Shown one piece after another: positions 47,546 to 54,680 of a stretch of 64,000 bases of DNA. A model generated the notes under the pieces. It was not told the origin of the DNA, ran no database searches, and worked only from the letters and a program-made list of their open reading frames with translations. The stretch's first letter is position 1. Each line of letters opens with the position of its first letter. Source of the DNA: a virus; the IMG/VR virus record IMGVR_UViG_3300008113_000108, positions 32,001 to 96,000 of that record; one strand, given 5' to 3'. A program made the position numbers and the translations under genes.

Positions 47546-47699
47546 TCTTTGGTATTGTGAACATATGAAACAATGGAGATGGACTCTTGTAGATGATCAT
47601 CGTCCAGTTGTTAAAATGGAGTCTGGTCAACAACCAGATCTTCGGGTAGCAATGAATGACATTGCAAACACTGTTGAATATATGTTAAGTCATCAGTGA
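47535..47699 (+). CDS. 54-aa hypothetical protein (not in track)
   Basis: MKINLWYCEHMKQWRWTL...ESGQQPDLRVAMNDIANTVEY. Confidence 0.7.
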   Translation: MKINLWYCEHMKQWRWTLVDDHRPVVKMESGQQPDLRVAMNDIANTVEYMLSHQ

Positions 47700-47705
47700 T
47701 TTCTT

Positions 47706-47777
47706 TGGGGTGTAGTTCAGCGGTAGAACGCTTGACTGTTAATCAAGTTGTCGCAGGTTCGATCCCTGCCACCCCAG
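47706..47777 (+). tRNA. tRNA-Asn(GTT)
   Basis: CTTGA-CTGTTAA-TCAAG, GGTTCGATCC. Confidence 0.93.
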
Positions 47778-47908
47778 TTACTACAATTCGTAGTAAACTG
47801 TAGGAACCAAAACCTCTTCCTGGTCACTGGCTGGGTAATGTAAAGAGGGAGGCTTAAGGTGATGCTCTCCCCTCCTACCACTAAATACATGTATCGAAGG
47901 ATACAGTC

Positions 47909-48169
47909 ATGAAATATAAGATCTCATCGAACTATTGTTTTTACAATAACGAAATTGTTGAGATGTATTTCATCAATAATGTTCCATTTACATTTGAAGA
48001 ACTTCCTCAAATAATGCAGGATGATCCCTACATTCAAATTGAAGCTTCAAACAATGAAGAGTATAGTCCAGAAGATCTATATAAAACTTCATTCTATTTG
48101 ATAGACGAAGAATGTCATCCTTGTTTATTCCCAGTGGACTTAGAAAACCCAGAAGATATGCCTGAGTAA
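47909..48169 (+). CDS. acidic hypothetical protein
   Basis: 86-aa ORF after a late promoter; MYFINNVPFTF, YL..EECHP. Confidence 0.7.
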   Translation: MKYKISSNYCFYNNEIVEMYFINNVPFTFEELPQIMQDDPYIQIEASNNEEYSPEDLYKTSFYLIDEECHPCLFPVDLENPEDMPE

Positions 48170-48208
48170 TTTGTAAATACTATAAATAGTTACAAATTAC
48201 TTTCTAGT

Positions 48209-48565
48209 ATGAAAACTTGTTCTAAGTGTGGTATAGAAAAACCATTGACAGAATACCACTCTGCTGGTATTATAGATGGCAAAAGATACCTTCGTGGAGA
48301 ATGTAAAGTTTGCCAAAAGAAGGTAGTCAAAAAAAGAAACAATTCTATCCGTGAAGACTACATTGAATGGAAAAAAACTCTCAAGTGTAATAGATGTGGA
48401 TTTGATGATTATCGTGCTCTTCAATTTCATCATGAGAGAGACAAAGAATATAATATAGCAGAAATGCTTCGTTCTGGATTTTCTCTTGAAAAGATTAAAT
48501 TTGAAGCAGAGAAATGTAAAGTTCTTTGTGCTAATTGTCATCAGATTCATCATTCACGCCTCTAA
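48209..48565 (+). CDS. free-standing HNH homing-type endonuclease
   Basis: CSKC..CKVC zinc finger, CNRCG..ALQFHH..C.VLCANCHQIHH. Confidence 0.85.
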   Translation: MKTCSKCGIEKPLTEYHSAGIIDGKRYLRGECKVCQKKVVKKRNNSIREDYIEWKKTLKCNRCGFDDYRALQFHHERDKEYNIAEMLRSGFSLEKIKFEAEKCKVLCANCHQIHHSRL

Positions 48566-48628
48566 AGCATTGTGGTGATGCACCGCTCTTGTAAAGCGGA
48601 GACGACAGTTCAATTCTGTCTAGAGGCT
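48558..48628 (+). tRNA. tRNA-Thr(TGT)
   Basis: GCCTCTA/TAGAGGC acceptor, CCGCT-CTTGTAA-AGCGG. Confidence 0.9.
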
Positions 48629-48649
48629 TTGTATGCTAGGATAGCTACT

Positions 48650-48859
48650 ATGTATGAAGACCTTACCACCTTTGAAAAACAACTAGCTCAATTTGGAGAT
48701 AGAGTCCAAGTTATTGTTGGACTTGAAGTTGGAGGAAAGCTTCATGCAGATGAAGCCTACAAACAGATTAAAGATCTTGTAAAGGATCTTAAAAAACTTC
48801 GTAAGAGTGAATTAAAGCATGGCAACGATCTCGACAATTCAAACTTTGGATTCCAGTGA
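48650..48859 (+). CDS. small protein resembling a conserved cyanobacterial hypothetical
   Basis: L..F..RV..IV.LE.GGKL..DEAYKQIK.L.K.LKK. Confidence 0.7.
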   Translation: MYEDLTTFEKQLAQFGDRVQVIVGLEVGGKLHADEAYKQIKDLVKDLKKLRKSELKHGNDLDNSNFGFQ

Positions 48860-49415
48860 AGAAGATCCTGGATTTGAAATTACTCATTTGTCATTCCGAA
48901 AGAGAACATCTGAAGGCATATATGGTGGTCCAGTAGATTACTACATTGGCAACATCGTATTTCGTTTGACGAATGAAGAAGCGAAAGGTCGCATGGAGTA
49001 TATTCTATCAGAGAATGAAAGGGTTCGTGTGGCACCAGATGAAGAACTTCATGACAAATATTATGATGGATTAAGTTTTAATCTTTCAGATGCTTGTAAA
49101 GAAGAAGAAGCAGTAGAAGATGAAAACGGAGAAAAATTTTATCCAGTTAAAATTACGAACAAGCATAATTTAGAAGACGAGGATGTATTCATCTGGGCAT
49201 ATCGTCGTAACATGGATCCTATGCATAGTTTTGTAGAATACATTGAGAAGTTTGATTGTTACAGAATGCACGAATACTTCCAGGACACCCCTGTAGTTCG
49301 TGGTATAATACAGTATCTCCAAGACATGAAAGATGGCAAACCCAATCCAAGTCGTACAGTCTATCATGAGCAGTTTCTCACCACGCTCACAAACCTCTGT
49401 TGGTGGTGGGACTAG
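48819..49415 (+). CDS. hypothetical protein
   Basis: 198-aa ORF ending NLCWWWD. Confidence 0.75.
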   Translation: MATISTIQTLDSSEEDPGFEITHLSFRKRTSEGIYGGPVDYYIGNIVFRLTNEEAKGRMEYILSENERVRVAPDEELHDKYYDGLSFNLSDACKEEEAVEDENGEKFYPVKITNKHNLEDEDVFIWAYRRNMDPMHSFVEYIEKFDCYRMHEYFQDTPVVRGIIQYLQDMKDGKPNPSRTVYHEQFLTTLTNLCWWWD

Positions 49416-49539
49416 GCAGTGCTCAAAATGTCACATTGAATACCCCCTTGACAAAGACCACTACCAAGTGGTAAAATACTTTCGTTCTGGATTTTCATAT
49501 TATTGCAATGAATGCAATAAACCGAAGCCCAGAGACTAG
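49366..49539 (+). CDS. zinc-finger fragment, possible endonuclease remnant
   Basis: CSKC...YYCNEC resembles the N-terminal finger of the 48209 and 54265 endonucleases, with no nuclease domain. Confidence 0.45.
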   Translation: MSSFSPRSQTSVGGGTRQCSKCHIEYPLDKDHYQVVKYFRSGFSYYCNECNKPKPRD

Positions 49540-49608
49540 CCAACTAAATATACTGAGACACGGATGGTCTATAACAGCACTGGTCGGGAGCAACCCCCTT
49601 TAATTTCT

Positions 49609-49806
49609 ATGAAAAATACCCAATACTGTTCACTCAAGTTATTAAGTATCTGCACTGAAATTGAAAGTGTAATTAACACACTTAAACAAATTCAGGACCG
49701 TATGGACCTGAAAAATTATGTTAAAATTCAGGAAACAATTAAAATACTTGATGAACACAAACACTATATTTGGAAAATTTATACTGATATAGAGGTCTCG
49801 GAATGA
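49609..49806 (+). CDS. hypothetical protein embedded among structured RNA modules
   Basis: AT-rich 65-aa ORF. Confidence 0.5.
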   Translation: MKNTQYCSLKLLSICTEIESVINTLKQIQDRMDLKNYVKIQETIKILDEHKHYIWKIYTDIEVSE

Positions 49807-49877
49807 CTTAAAAACTTGCCCTGGTGGAGTCAAGTATGACCCAATTTAGTCCTCGTCGGATTGGACATTAAATATGC

Positions 49878-49954
49878 CGACTGGTGCGGATGAAGAGTTT
49901 TTGACTCTGCCGAGTTTCCAGTTTTCTCGTAATCAAAACTGGTGGCGAGCCTGC
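49878..49954 (+). ncRNA. wcaG-like RNA motif
   Basis: Two UGGYG elements flank a pseudoknot CGAG/CUCG plus CCAGUUUU/AAAACUGG; upstream of porin and hli genes. Confidence 0.7.
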
Positions 49955-49957
49955 AAA

Positions 49958-49997
49958 GGGGTTGACAACCCCAACTACTCCTGCTATAGTAGGAGTT
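49958..49997 (+). promoter_or_regulatory. early promoter with both hexamers inside palindromes
   Basis: GGGGTT-GAC-AACCCC; TTGACA-17-TATAGT; ACTCCTGCTA/TAGTAGGAGT. Confidence 0.75.
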
Positions 49998-50001
49998 TCA
50001 T

Positions 50002-50071
50002 GGAAGTGAAGCCAACTGGAACGGCACGGAGACAATCCATACAGTAGTTGGTTCGATCCCAACCACTTCCC
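50002..50071 (+). ncRNA. tRNA-like RNA with aberrant anticodon arm
   Basis: GGAAGTG/CACTTCC acceptor, GCC/GGC D arm, GTTGG-TTCGATC-CCAAC T arm; anticodon arm reduced to GGA-GACAA-TCC. Confidence 0.7.
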
Positions 50072-50108
50072 AAATATAAATAAAATCTGTAGTTAATCAT
50101 TTAAAATT

Positions 50109-50990
50109 ATGATGATTCGTTCATTTATTGCTGCTGGTGTTGCTGCTGCTTCTATTGCTGCTCCTGCCATGGCACAAGTCACCAGTGTTTCACAATTGCG
50201 TGACGTTCAACCAACCGAATGGTCATACCAGGCTATTTCTAACCTAGTATCTCGTTATGGTTGTGTTGCTGGTTTCCCTGATGGTACTTTCCGTCCTGGT
50301 GAACCAGCTACTCGTGCTCAGCTTGCTGCACTAACCAATGCATGTCTGGATCGTATTAGCGAATTCCAAACTGCTGCAGATGCACAACTAGCTGCTGCTC
50401 TACGTGCTGAGTTTGCTAAGGAACTCGGTGCTACCAATGCCCGTGTAAGTGCTCTAGAAGTAGCTGCTGCTCAAAAAGCTCAGGGTGTTGGCAACTATCT
50501 AGGTGTTGGTGTTCTTCTCAATCAGCAAGGTGTTGCTGGCAACGGTTATAGTGCTCAGCGTACTATTTCTGGTGCTACTGTTCAGGCACGTTATGCTGTG
50601 AAGAACTTTACCAACCTGAATGCTGTTTCAGTTCGTCCCTATGCTAGCTTCGTAGGTTCTCCTGCTGGTCAGATTGGTTCTGGTGGTGGTGCTCTTGTTT
50701 CATATGATTGGAGCATTTCCCGTGCTAAGTCTGGTGTAAGTCGTGCTAACATCTATACTGGTGTTGGTTATCAGATCCCCTTTGTAAACAACACTGCTGC
50801 TAATTATCAGTCTGCTGTTGGCAACCGTGGTCAAGTTGTTCTTGCTCTTGGCGTAGAAGGTCGTATCACCAACTCACTAGTTGGTTTTGCTGATCTCAAG
50901 TTTCCTACCACCAATGCTGCTAACAGCTATGGTGCTACCAACGGAACCTATTCACCTGTGTTCACCACGGGTCTGGGATTCAAGTTCTGA
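50109..50990 (+). CDS. SLH-domain outer membrane protein (cyanobacterial porin-type N-terminus, short beta-barrel)
   Basis: Signal peptide, DVQPTEWSYQAI..LV.RYGCVAGFPDGTFR, C-terminal GLGFKF. Confidence 0.85.
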   Translation: MMIRSFIAAGVAAASIAAPAMAQVTSVSQLRDVQPTEWSYQAISNLVSRYGCVAGFPDGTFRPGEPATRAQLAALTNACLDRISEFQTAADAQLAAALRAEFAKELGATNARVSALEVAAAQKAQGVGNYLGVGVLLNQQGVAGNGYSAQRTISGATVQARYAVKNFTNLNAVSVRPYASFVGSPAGQIGSGGGALVSYDWSISRAKSGVSRANIYTGVGYQIPFVNNTAANYQSAVGNRGQVVLALGVEGRITNSLVGFADLKFPTTNAANSYGATNGTYSPVFTTGLGFKF

Positions 50991-51003
50991 TTCTCTAACA
51001 ATT

Positions 51004-51055
51004 GGGGGTTGACAAACCCCCTTTTTTCATATATAATAATGTAACAATTTGTAAT
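51004..51055 (+). promoter_or_regulatory. terminator-embedded promoter plus HLR1 (RpaB) box for hli
   Basis: GGGGGTT-GACA-AACCCCC-T run; TTGACA-17-TATAAT; reverse complement ATTACAAA-TT-GTTACATT. Confidence 0.75.
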
Positions 51056-51062
51056 AAACACA

Positions 51063-51257
51063 ATGACAGTAACAACTAATGATCGTGGGCAAATGAATAT
51101 GTTTGCTAAAGAGCCCACAATGTATTATGAAAATTATGGAATGTATACACCCTTTGAAATTAAGGAACGTACTAATGGGCGCTGGGCAATGGTCGGCATT
51201 ATTGCTGCTTTCATTTCTTATTCTATCACAGGTAAACTATTCTTCGGAATCTTTTGA
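51063..51257 (+). CDS. hli: high-light inducible protein
   Basis: ERTNGRWAMVG chlorophyll-binding motif. Confidence 0.92.
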   Translation: MTVTTNDRGQMNMFAKEPTMYYENYGMYTPFEIKERTNGRWAMVGIIAAFISYSITGKLFFGIF

Positions 51258-51268
51258 GGAGGAAAACA

Positions 51269-51388
51269 ATGGAAAAGATCTTCACAGAAAAGGCTGAGCG
51301 CCTAAATGGTCGTCTCGCTATGCTTGGATTCGTAGCTGCAGTTGGTGCATATCTCGCCACTGGTCAAGTAATTCCAGGTGTATGGTGA
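51269..51388 (+). CDS. hli: high-light inducible protein, 39 aa (not in track)
   Basis: MEKIFTEKAERLNGRLAMLGFVAAVGAYLATGQVIPGVW. Confidence 0.93.
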   Translation: MEKIFTEKAERLNGRLAMLGFVAAVGAYLATGQVIPGVW

Positions 51389-51389
51389 T

Positions 51390-51476
51390 ATGGGAGAAGT
51401 AGTTTTTACAGTTACTAGTATTTCATTTCTAGTATTACTATTTCACTCTATCAATAAACTTTCAGAAACATACTAA
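51390..51476 (+). CDS. 28-aa single-TM peptide (not in track)
   Basis: MGEVVFTVTSISFLVLLFHSINKLSETY, coupled to hli and followed by a terminator. Confidence 0.5.
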   Translation: MGEVVFTVTSISFLVLLFHSINKLSETY

Positions 51477-51508
51477 TAAATACAGGAGGTTCTACACCTC
51501 CTTTTTTT

Positions 51509-52141
51509 ATGGCTATAAAATTTATTGATGCGGCAAAGCATAGTAAAGGATATATGCATCAGAACGATGCGTGGGAGTATTTACAGCAAAATACTTCTCC
51601 TAGTGTATTAGAAGAATTTGAAAAAAGATTTAGAAACGAATATAAAGTATCCAATCCATCTATAGTTCCAGAATGTGGATTGGATTTGGTTAAAGAATTT
51701 GAAGGATGTAAATTAAGTGCATATTATGATCCCCATACTGGTGGACTTCCAATCACAATTGGCTGGGGAAGTACCAGAGATATGAGTGGAAAGCCATTTA
51801 AAATCACTGATAAAATTACTCAGGTACAAGCAGATCAACTACTTGAGTATCAAGCTAGAAATCAGTTCCTTCCACCACTAACCAAGATTCCATATTGGAA
51901 TGAAATGAATGAAGAAATGAGAGGAGCACTACTCTCATTTGCATATAATCTAGGTGCTAACTTTTATGGATCCGAAGGATTTACTACTATAACTAAAGTG
52001 CTAAAAGATAAGTCTTGGCACATGGTTCCAGAAGCACTTTATCGTTATCGTAATCCAGGATCATCTGTAGAGAAAGGTCTTGCACGTAGACGCAGAGCTG
52101 AAGGTGCTTTATGGGAAAAGGGACTTAGTAAACTTAAATAA
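51509..52141 (+). CDS. GH24 lysozyme (endolysin) with N-terminal extension
   Basis: KEFEGC.L.AY.D...TIGWG, ALLSFAYNLG, GLARRR.AE. Confidence 0.9.
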   Translation: MAIKFIDAAKHSKGYMHQNDAWEYLQQNTSPSVLEEFEKRFRNEYKVSNPSIVPECGLDLVKEFEGCKLSAYYDPHTGGLPITIGWGSTRDMSGKPFKITDKITQVQADQLLEYQARNQFLPPLTKIPYWNEMNEEMRGALLSFAYNLGANFYGSEGFTTITKVLKDKSWHMVPEALYRYRNPGSSVEKGLARRRRAEGALWEKGLSKLK

Positions 52142-52291
52142 TTTTCTTCCTTTCTTTGCAGGTCTGCGAATAAAACGATTAACCTCAACCGATTGTCTTT
52201 TTGGTTGAGGTCTTCTATTTTCTAGCATCATTCCATCATTGGTCAATAATCTGGCTATGATTAAAAACTCAATGAGTATTGTTTTTGTCAT
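52109..52291 (-). CDS. hypothetical basic protein
   Basis: 60-aa ORF in a coupled minus-strand cluster. Confidence 0.55.
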   Translation of the reverse strand: MTKTILIEFLIIARLLTNDGMMLENRRPQPKRQSVEVNRFIRRPAKKGRKLFKFTKSLFP

Positions 52292-52394
52292 TGCCCTCTA
52301 AGTAATCTAACATCATGATGTAGGTTAAAAAACTTAGTGTGCCCAATAGTATTATTCCGAGTCCTATTGAAACTCCCCATGGAAAGTCATTCAT
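52269..52394 (-). CDS. 41-aa single-TM protein (not in track)
   Basis: MNDFPWGVSIGLGIILLGTLSFLTYIMMLDY. Confidence 0.6.
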   Translation of the reverse strand: MNDFPWGVSIGLGIILLGTLSFLTYIMMLDYLEGNDKNNTH

Positions 52395-52671
52395 CTTCTT
52401 TTTTCTTTTTAAGGTCTGCTTTGAGTGCTATTATAGTAGCAAGAAGTGACATCAAAGTTTGAACAGATTCTGATGTATTATCATCACATTTACTTGGAGG
52501 TTTTGCCCCAGTTTGATTAAATGCTTTTACAAGATACAAATAATGTAAACTGGTCATTACTTTAAAATTGCAGATGACATAATTTGTAAATGTCATTGCA
52601 ACGATAGATGTTGCAACAAAAGCAACTAGCAAAGGAACAATATTATCTAGGGTTGGAAATCTAAATTTCAT
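52387..52671 (-). CDS. two-TM membrane protein, holin-like
   Basis: Two hydrophobic helices and a charged KKKKEDE tail; near lysozyme. Confidence 0.6.
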   Translation of the reverse strand: MKFRFPTLDNIVPLLVAFVATSIVAMTFTNYVICNFKVMTSLHYLYLVKAFNQTGAKPPSKCDDNTSESVQTLMSLLATIIALKADLKKKKEDE

Positions 52672-52855
52672 TTTTATGAATCCAAGTTTTTAATTCATGT
52701 AAATATTCTCTTAGCATGTTAGCTTTTTCTTCATGCCAAGGATCTTCAGTTTTCAAGTATTGTCTTGTGTGATTATCTATCGCTTTTAATATATTGTGGA
52801 TAGGAGCATTCCACGGTTCCCTAATGGGAGTATTAAATGTTCTTCTCTCGTCCAT
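52661..52855 (-). CDS. conserved cyanophage hypothetical protein
   Basis: NTPIREPWNAPIHNILKAIDNH...WH...LR.Y..ELK.WI. Confidence 0.7.
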   Translation of the reverse strand: MDERRTFNTPIREPWNAPIHNILKAIDNHTRQYLKTEDPWHEEKANMLREYLHELKTWIHKNEI

Positions 52856-52997
52856 ATAGGTTCTGCTCCATGTAGGTATATAACTTTTCTTTCAGTTCAC
52901 TATATACATCCCACATTTCTTCAGAACCAGTTTTCTCCTGGTAAGCATTGCAAGCTAAAATTAAGTAGTCTATGTCGGTGGAGTTAAGTTTATACAT
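52833..52997 (-). CDS. hypothetical protein
   Basis: MYKLNSTDIDYLI..C..YQEKTGSE.MWD.Y; late promoter CTAAATA on minus at 53019-53025. Confidence 0.65.
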   Translation of the reverse strand: MYKLNSTDIDYLILACNAYQEKTGSEEMWDVYSELKEKLYTYMEQNLYGREKNI

Positions 52998-53033
52998 TCG
53001 TAATTTCCAACTCAACTATATTTAGGAAACCCC

Positions 53034-53109
53034 TTGACAAATTTCAGGGGTCGTGCTACTATAAATAAGTGTTAAGGAATCAACACATTCCTTAACATAT
53101 TTTTACAAA
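53034..53109 (+). promoter_or_regulatory. psbA dual early/late promoter, leader hairpin and HLR1-like box
   Basis: TTGACA-17-TACTAT overlapping ATAAATA; TGTTAAGGAAT/ATTCCTTAACA; TTAACATA-TT-TTTACAAA. Confidence 0.75.
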
Positions 53110-53130
53110 CCATTACGTTCTTTTAAGACT

Positions 53131-54210
53131 ATGACTGCAACTCTCGCTCAACAGCGTGGGAGCAACACTTGGGAACAATTCTGCGAGTGGGTGACTTCCA
53201 CCAATAACCGTCTATACGTCGGTTGGTTCGGAACTCTAATGATTCCAACACTTCTCGCTGCTACTATCTGTTTCATTGTTGCTTTCATTGCTGCTCCTCC
53301 TGTCGATATCGACGGTATCCGTGAGCCTGTTTCTGGCTCACTCATGTATGGAAACAACATCATCTCTGGTGCTGTTGTTCCTTCTAGCAATGCTATCGGC
53401 CTGCACTTTTACCCCATTTGGGAAGCTGCTTCACTTGATGAGTGGCTATATAATGGTGGACCATTTCAACTAATCGTCTTCCATTTTCTAATTGGTATCT
53501 ATGCTTACATGGGTCGTGAATGGGAACTATCTTACCGACTGGGTATGCGTCCTTGGATTTGTGTTGCCTACTCTGCACCCGTTGCTGCTGCTAGCGCAGT
53601 GTTTCTGGTCTATCCATTCGGTCAGGGATCCTTCTCTGATGCGATGCCTCTGGGGATTTCAGGAACTTTCAACTACATGCTTGTTTTCCAGGCAGAACAC
53701 AACATTCTTATGCACCCTTTCCATATGCTGGGAGTTGCTGGTGTCTTCGGTGGTTCTCTTTTCTCTGCTATGCACGGATCTCTTGTCACCTCTAGTCTTG
53801 TACGTGAGACGACAGAAACTGAATCACAGAACTACGGTTACAAGTTCGGACAAGAAGAAGAAACCTACAACATTGTAGCTGCTCATGGTTATTTTGGTCG
53901 CCTTATTTTCCAATATGCTTCCTTCAATAACTCACGTTCACTACACTTCTTCCTTGCTGCTTGGCCTGTAGTTGGCATCTGGTTTGCTGCTCTCGGTGTT
54001 AGCACCATGGCATTCAACCTCAACGGATTCAACTTCAACCAGTCTCTGCTTGATAGTGGCAACCGTGTCATTCCTACTTGGGCTGACATCCTCAACCGTG
54101 CTAACCTTGGTTTTGAAGTGATGCATGAACGCAACGCTCACAACTTCCCTCTTGACCTTGCCGCTGCTGATATGACCCCTGTGGCACTTACCGCACCAGC
54201 TATCGGTTGA
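53131..54210 (+). CDS. psbA: photosystem II D1 protein (Glu130 high-light type), intronless
   Basis: [35 protein letters not shown]. Confidence 0.99.
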   Translation: MTATLAQQRGSNTWEQFCEWVTSTNNRLYVGWFGTLMIPTLLAATICFIVAFIAAPPVDIDGIREPVSGSLMYGNNIISGAVVPSSNAIGLHFYPIWEAASLDEWLYNGGPFQLIVFHFLIGIYAYMGREWELSYRLGMRPWICVAYSAPVAAASAVFLVYPFGQGSFSDAMPLGISGTFNYMLVFQAEHNILMHPFHMLGVAGVFGGSLFSAMHGSLVTSSLVRETTETESQNYGYKFGQEEETYNIVAAHGYFGRLIFQYASFNNSRSLHFFLAAWPVVGIWFAALGVSTMAFNLNGFNFNQSLLDSGNRVIPTWADILNRANLGFEVMHERNAHNFPLDLAAADMTPVALTAPAIG

Positions 54211-54264
54211 CAATCTCACGATAACGTGCTAAGATTAGAGAGCCTAAATGGGCTCTCTTTTTTT
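54207..54264 (+). promoter_or_regulatory. promoter overlapping the psbA stop and terminator
   Basis: TTGACA-17-TAAGAT; AGAGAGCC..GGCTCTCT and a T run. Confidence 0.75.
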
Positions 54265-54633
54265 ATGACTGAAAATGACGAATTGAAAACTAAAATTTGT
54301 GTCTATTGCAACCAGGAAAAACCATTATCGGGTTATCCTGGACACCGAGGACATAAAGATAGGTTAGATACAAGATGTAGGCAATGTATTAGTGAGCAAA
54401 ATAAATTGAGATATAAACTCAAAAAAACTGCTCCACCAAAACCAGAAGTGTGTGATCTGTGTGGAAAGAAACCTCCACATAATAAAAAGATTGTTCTTGA
54501 TCACTGCCATGAAACTGGAACATTTCGTGGATGGCTATGTGACCCATGCAACGTTGGATTGGGCAACCTGGGAGACAATCTTGAGTCTCTTACCATGGCG
54601 GTTCAATATCTTCAGGAGCGATCTAGGGGTTGA
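54265..54633 (+). CDS. endonuclease VII-type homing endonuclease (F-CphI-like position)
   Basis: CVYC..CRQC finger; CDLC..LDHCH.TG.FRGWLC..CN.GLG. Confidence 0.85.
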   Translation: MTENDELKTKICVYCNQEKPLSGYPGHRGHKDRLDTRCRQCISEQNKLRYKLKKTAPPKPEVCDLCGKKPPHNKKIVLDHCHETGTFRGWLCDPCNVGLGNLGDNLESLTMAVQYLQERSRG

Positions 54634-54658
54634 CAAGCATCTAGAAATGGTGTATGAT
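54630..54658 (+). promoter_or_regulatory. early promoter overlapping stop codon
   Basis: TTGACA-17-TATGAT. Confidence 0.75.
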
Positions 54659-54680
54659 ACTCAAGTGAATTTAAAAAATT

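Noticed and set aside
49868-50062. Minus ORF 64 aa
   Set aside because: Antisense to the wcaG-like RNA, a promoter and the tRNA-like element; no coding signals
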